Under the pieces are notes generated by a model. It was not told the origin of the DNA. It did no database searches and saw nothing but the letters and a program-made list of their open reading frames with translations. Below are positions 61,659-64,000 of a stretch of DNA of 64,000 nt, piece by piece. How positions within the stretch are numbered: position 1 is the first letter of the stretch; each line of letters begins with the position of its first letter. Origin of the DNA: Octopus vulgaris. Its lineage: Eukaryota. A program made the translations under genes and the position numbers. The DNA lies in NCBI GenBank assembly GCA_951406725.2, contig OX597819.1, positions 15,314,001-15,378,000 on the forward strand, read 5' to 3'.

Positions 61659-61820
61659 TCTTCTCATTTATCAGAGGACGATGTGATTTCAGAAGAAGAG
61701 ATTAAGCGATTCCGAGAGAATGAAACAGTCAACCTTCGCTTGCGACAGGAACTTCGAGAGAAACTACGCCAGCGTTTCAACCAGATGCAGTTACAGTGCA
61801 GCATTCAGACTGTGAAGTAG
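61659..61820 (+). CDS. GGNBP2: GGNBP2-like terminal coding exon (SSHLSEDDVISEEEIKRFRENETVNLRLRQELREKLRQRFNQMQLQCSIQTVK*)
   Basis: Acceptor tgtttcag, TAG stop at 61818-61820. Matches the human C-terminal helix 'ISQDEIQSF...REQYRQHLKEKF'. Confidence 0.93.
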   Translation, partial: SSHLSEDDVISEEEIKRFRENETVNLRLRQELREKLRQRFNQMQLQCSIQTVK

Positions 61821-62602
61821 TTTGTATGAGGAGGCTACGACATTTGTCTGCACTTTGTTACCTTTTTTTTTTTTTTTTTTGTTGTTGCCAACAGGCCTAT
61901 GTAACTAACTTTTCAGCAGCTACAACAACAACAACAACAACAACAACAGCCATGACACTGCTAGGCTTCTTGTTCATTGTAATATTCACTGGTTGCTGCT
62001 CTGCTTTCAGTTGCAACCCTCCCTGAGCTTCCTCACTGGATAAAAACCAACCCTCTTCAAATACCGTTTTCTTTGTTTTTGTTGTTGTTTCAATTCTTAA
62101 GTTCACAGTAAGACAAACCTCTATCAGGGTTGGATTTATATATATCGGTCCTTCGTGCACATGCAATTTGCACCACCAGAAAACCCTTTTCTATCTGGTT
62201 TTCTTGTCTTTCTCTAGCTGTCTTTTATTATTATTTTTTTTATTGTTACTTTCTTTCTGTTTTAACCCGAGCTGTCAGCCCTCACTTCCTCTCAATTCTG
62301 TCTCATTCTGTGTCTATGACCATCTTTCCTACTTAGTTTCTCTCAGTCCCCCTGCATCTCAGCCCCGTCTCTCCCCTGTATATTAGCCTTTCTGACTCTC
62401 CCTTACCTGTCATCCTTTTTTCTTCCCTCTTATTTTTTAACTCCCTTATTCCTGCTTGTCTCACTTACGAAACATGCAGACAAGGTGGTGCCACAGCATG
62501 GCCGCAGCCCAATAACTGAAGTTAGTAAAATAAAGAACGTGTGTGTGTGTGTGTGTGTGTATATATGTCTATATGTCTATATAACTTTTTTAAGCTCAAA
62601 AG

Positions 62603-62608
62603 AATAAA
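62603..62608 (+). promoter_or_regulatory. Candidate polyadenylation signal of the GGNBP2-like gene
   Basis: AATAAA about 780 nt after the stop, followed by T-rich and GT-rich sequence. Other AATAAA hexamers occur at 62529 and 62776, so the assignment is uncertain. Confidence 0.35.
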
Positions 62609-63607
62609 ATTTATATTCCCTTTTTTTTTTTTAAATTTATTTTATGCTAGTTCAGTGTTTGTTTGGTTCTCCTTCCAGCCCCACCTTGTTCTCATCCCCA
62701 CCCACCCAGAGATATGGTTATGGAATTAGTTATTTTAATGTTAGTACCTTCAGCTAGTGCCAGGTCAACATTGATAATAAAATCCCGGCATCAGTTAATC
62801 TGTTGGGTGGGAGTGAACTGTGGTTGACAAGTCAGCTATTAGGGGGCAGTGTTCTGTGGATGGAGGATGCCATCTGCCTCCATGTAACACAGTCAAACCA
62901 TGGATTAATTCACAACAATTTATTTTGATGATAAAATGCACATTCCTAAAATTTGCTTCTGCTTAAAGATACGTCAGTACATGTGTATCTTATAGGCCTA
63001 GCCATGTGGTTGAGAGATTTACTTTGCAAACCATGTTTTGAGTTTTGATTGTGCTGGGCAGTATGCTGACCAAGGGTCTTTTAATGTAGCCTTGTACTGA
63101 TCAATACTTTGTGATTGATTTGCAGAAGATGTAAACTGTGTGGAAGCCAGTCACGTCTGTCCGTGTGTCTGTTCGTTGACCTGTCCAAGTCACGCCAGCC
63201 TGGAAAAGCAGACATAAAAATGTTGATTTAAATAGGTATGTTATGTATTGGTGGTGCAGTGACAACAGAATGGTGAAACTTCACCATTTCATAAGTTACA
63301 GACAAAGATTGCCTAAACTCTCTTGCAACTGATACTAAGAATAGGGTTGCTGGCTAGTTATTGAAACCAGTGAAAGAAAAAAAAAAGGGAGGGGGGGAGA
63401 AAACGATATTTGCACCCATCTGATGCAAGCATCTTGTCTAGCGGGAGATTACTTCCTTGCACTTTTACTTTCATCGTTCTGTCATTGTGTGCACGTGTAC
63501 AAAATGATGACATAGAAGGAAACTATTCCCCAAAACTAAATGCCGAATGATAAGTAATGGGAAATAACTCTGGTTTGTGTGGTCTTGCTGGTGGGGTGGG
63601 GCAGAGC

Positions 63608-63647
<40 letters not shown>

Positions 63648-63686
63648 ATCAAACCTACCAAATTTGCATACACAAATATATATATA

Positions 63687-63730
<44 letters not shown>

Positions 63731-63769
63731 CATACACATATATACATATCGTATATGTGTATATATATA

Positions 63770-63984
63770 TATGTTTGTGTGTCTGTGTTTGTCCCCCTAG
63801 CATTGCTTGACAACCGATGCTGGTGTGTTTACGTCCCCGTCACTTAGCGGTTCGGCAAAAGAGACCAATAGAGTAAGTACTGGGCTTACAAAGAATAAGT
63901 CCCGGTGTCGATTTGCTCGACTAAAGGCGGTGCTCCAGCATGGTCGCAGCCAAATGACTGAAACAAGTAAAAGAGTAAAGAGAG
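63770..63984 (+). mobile_element. SINE family A, 3' half
   Basis: Body and tail following a long (TA)/(TG) tract. Confidence 0.85.
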
Positions 63985-64000
63985 ATATACAAAATCATTG

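Overview
AT-rich, repeat-dense eukaryotic genomic DNA, most likely a coleoid cephalopod (Octopus); the organism is inferred from the repeat families, not proven. Almost the whole window is one + strand gene, a GGNBP2/ZNF403 (gametogenetin-binding protein 2) orthologue. I reconstructed 11 coding exons (9662-61820) with GT-AG junctions and matching phases, giving about 710 codons. The first coding exon appears to lie upstream of the window. The introns hold three tRNA-derived SINE families, about 30 pieces of an RTE LINE family (one retains a decayed reverse transcriptase plus a PHD-like finger), non-autonomous Helitrons, a Helentron-type element, and piggyBac-, hAT- and Tc1/mariner-type MITEs or relics. 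Nearly all predicted ORFs outside the exons are repeat artefacts. The most unusual signal is a fourth short element that joins a Pol III tRNA-like head, an (AAT)n spacer and a Penelope-type minimal hammerhead ribozyme, and occurs in head-to-head inverted arrangements. Two further, unrelated hammerhead motifs are present, one with an ~80-nt stem II insert inside a ~390-bp inverted repeat. Repeat boundaries were read by eye and are approximate to about 10-20 bp.
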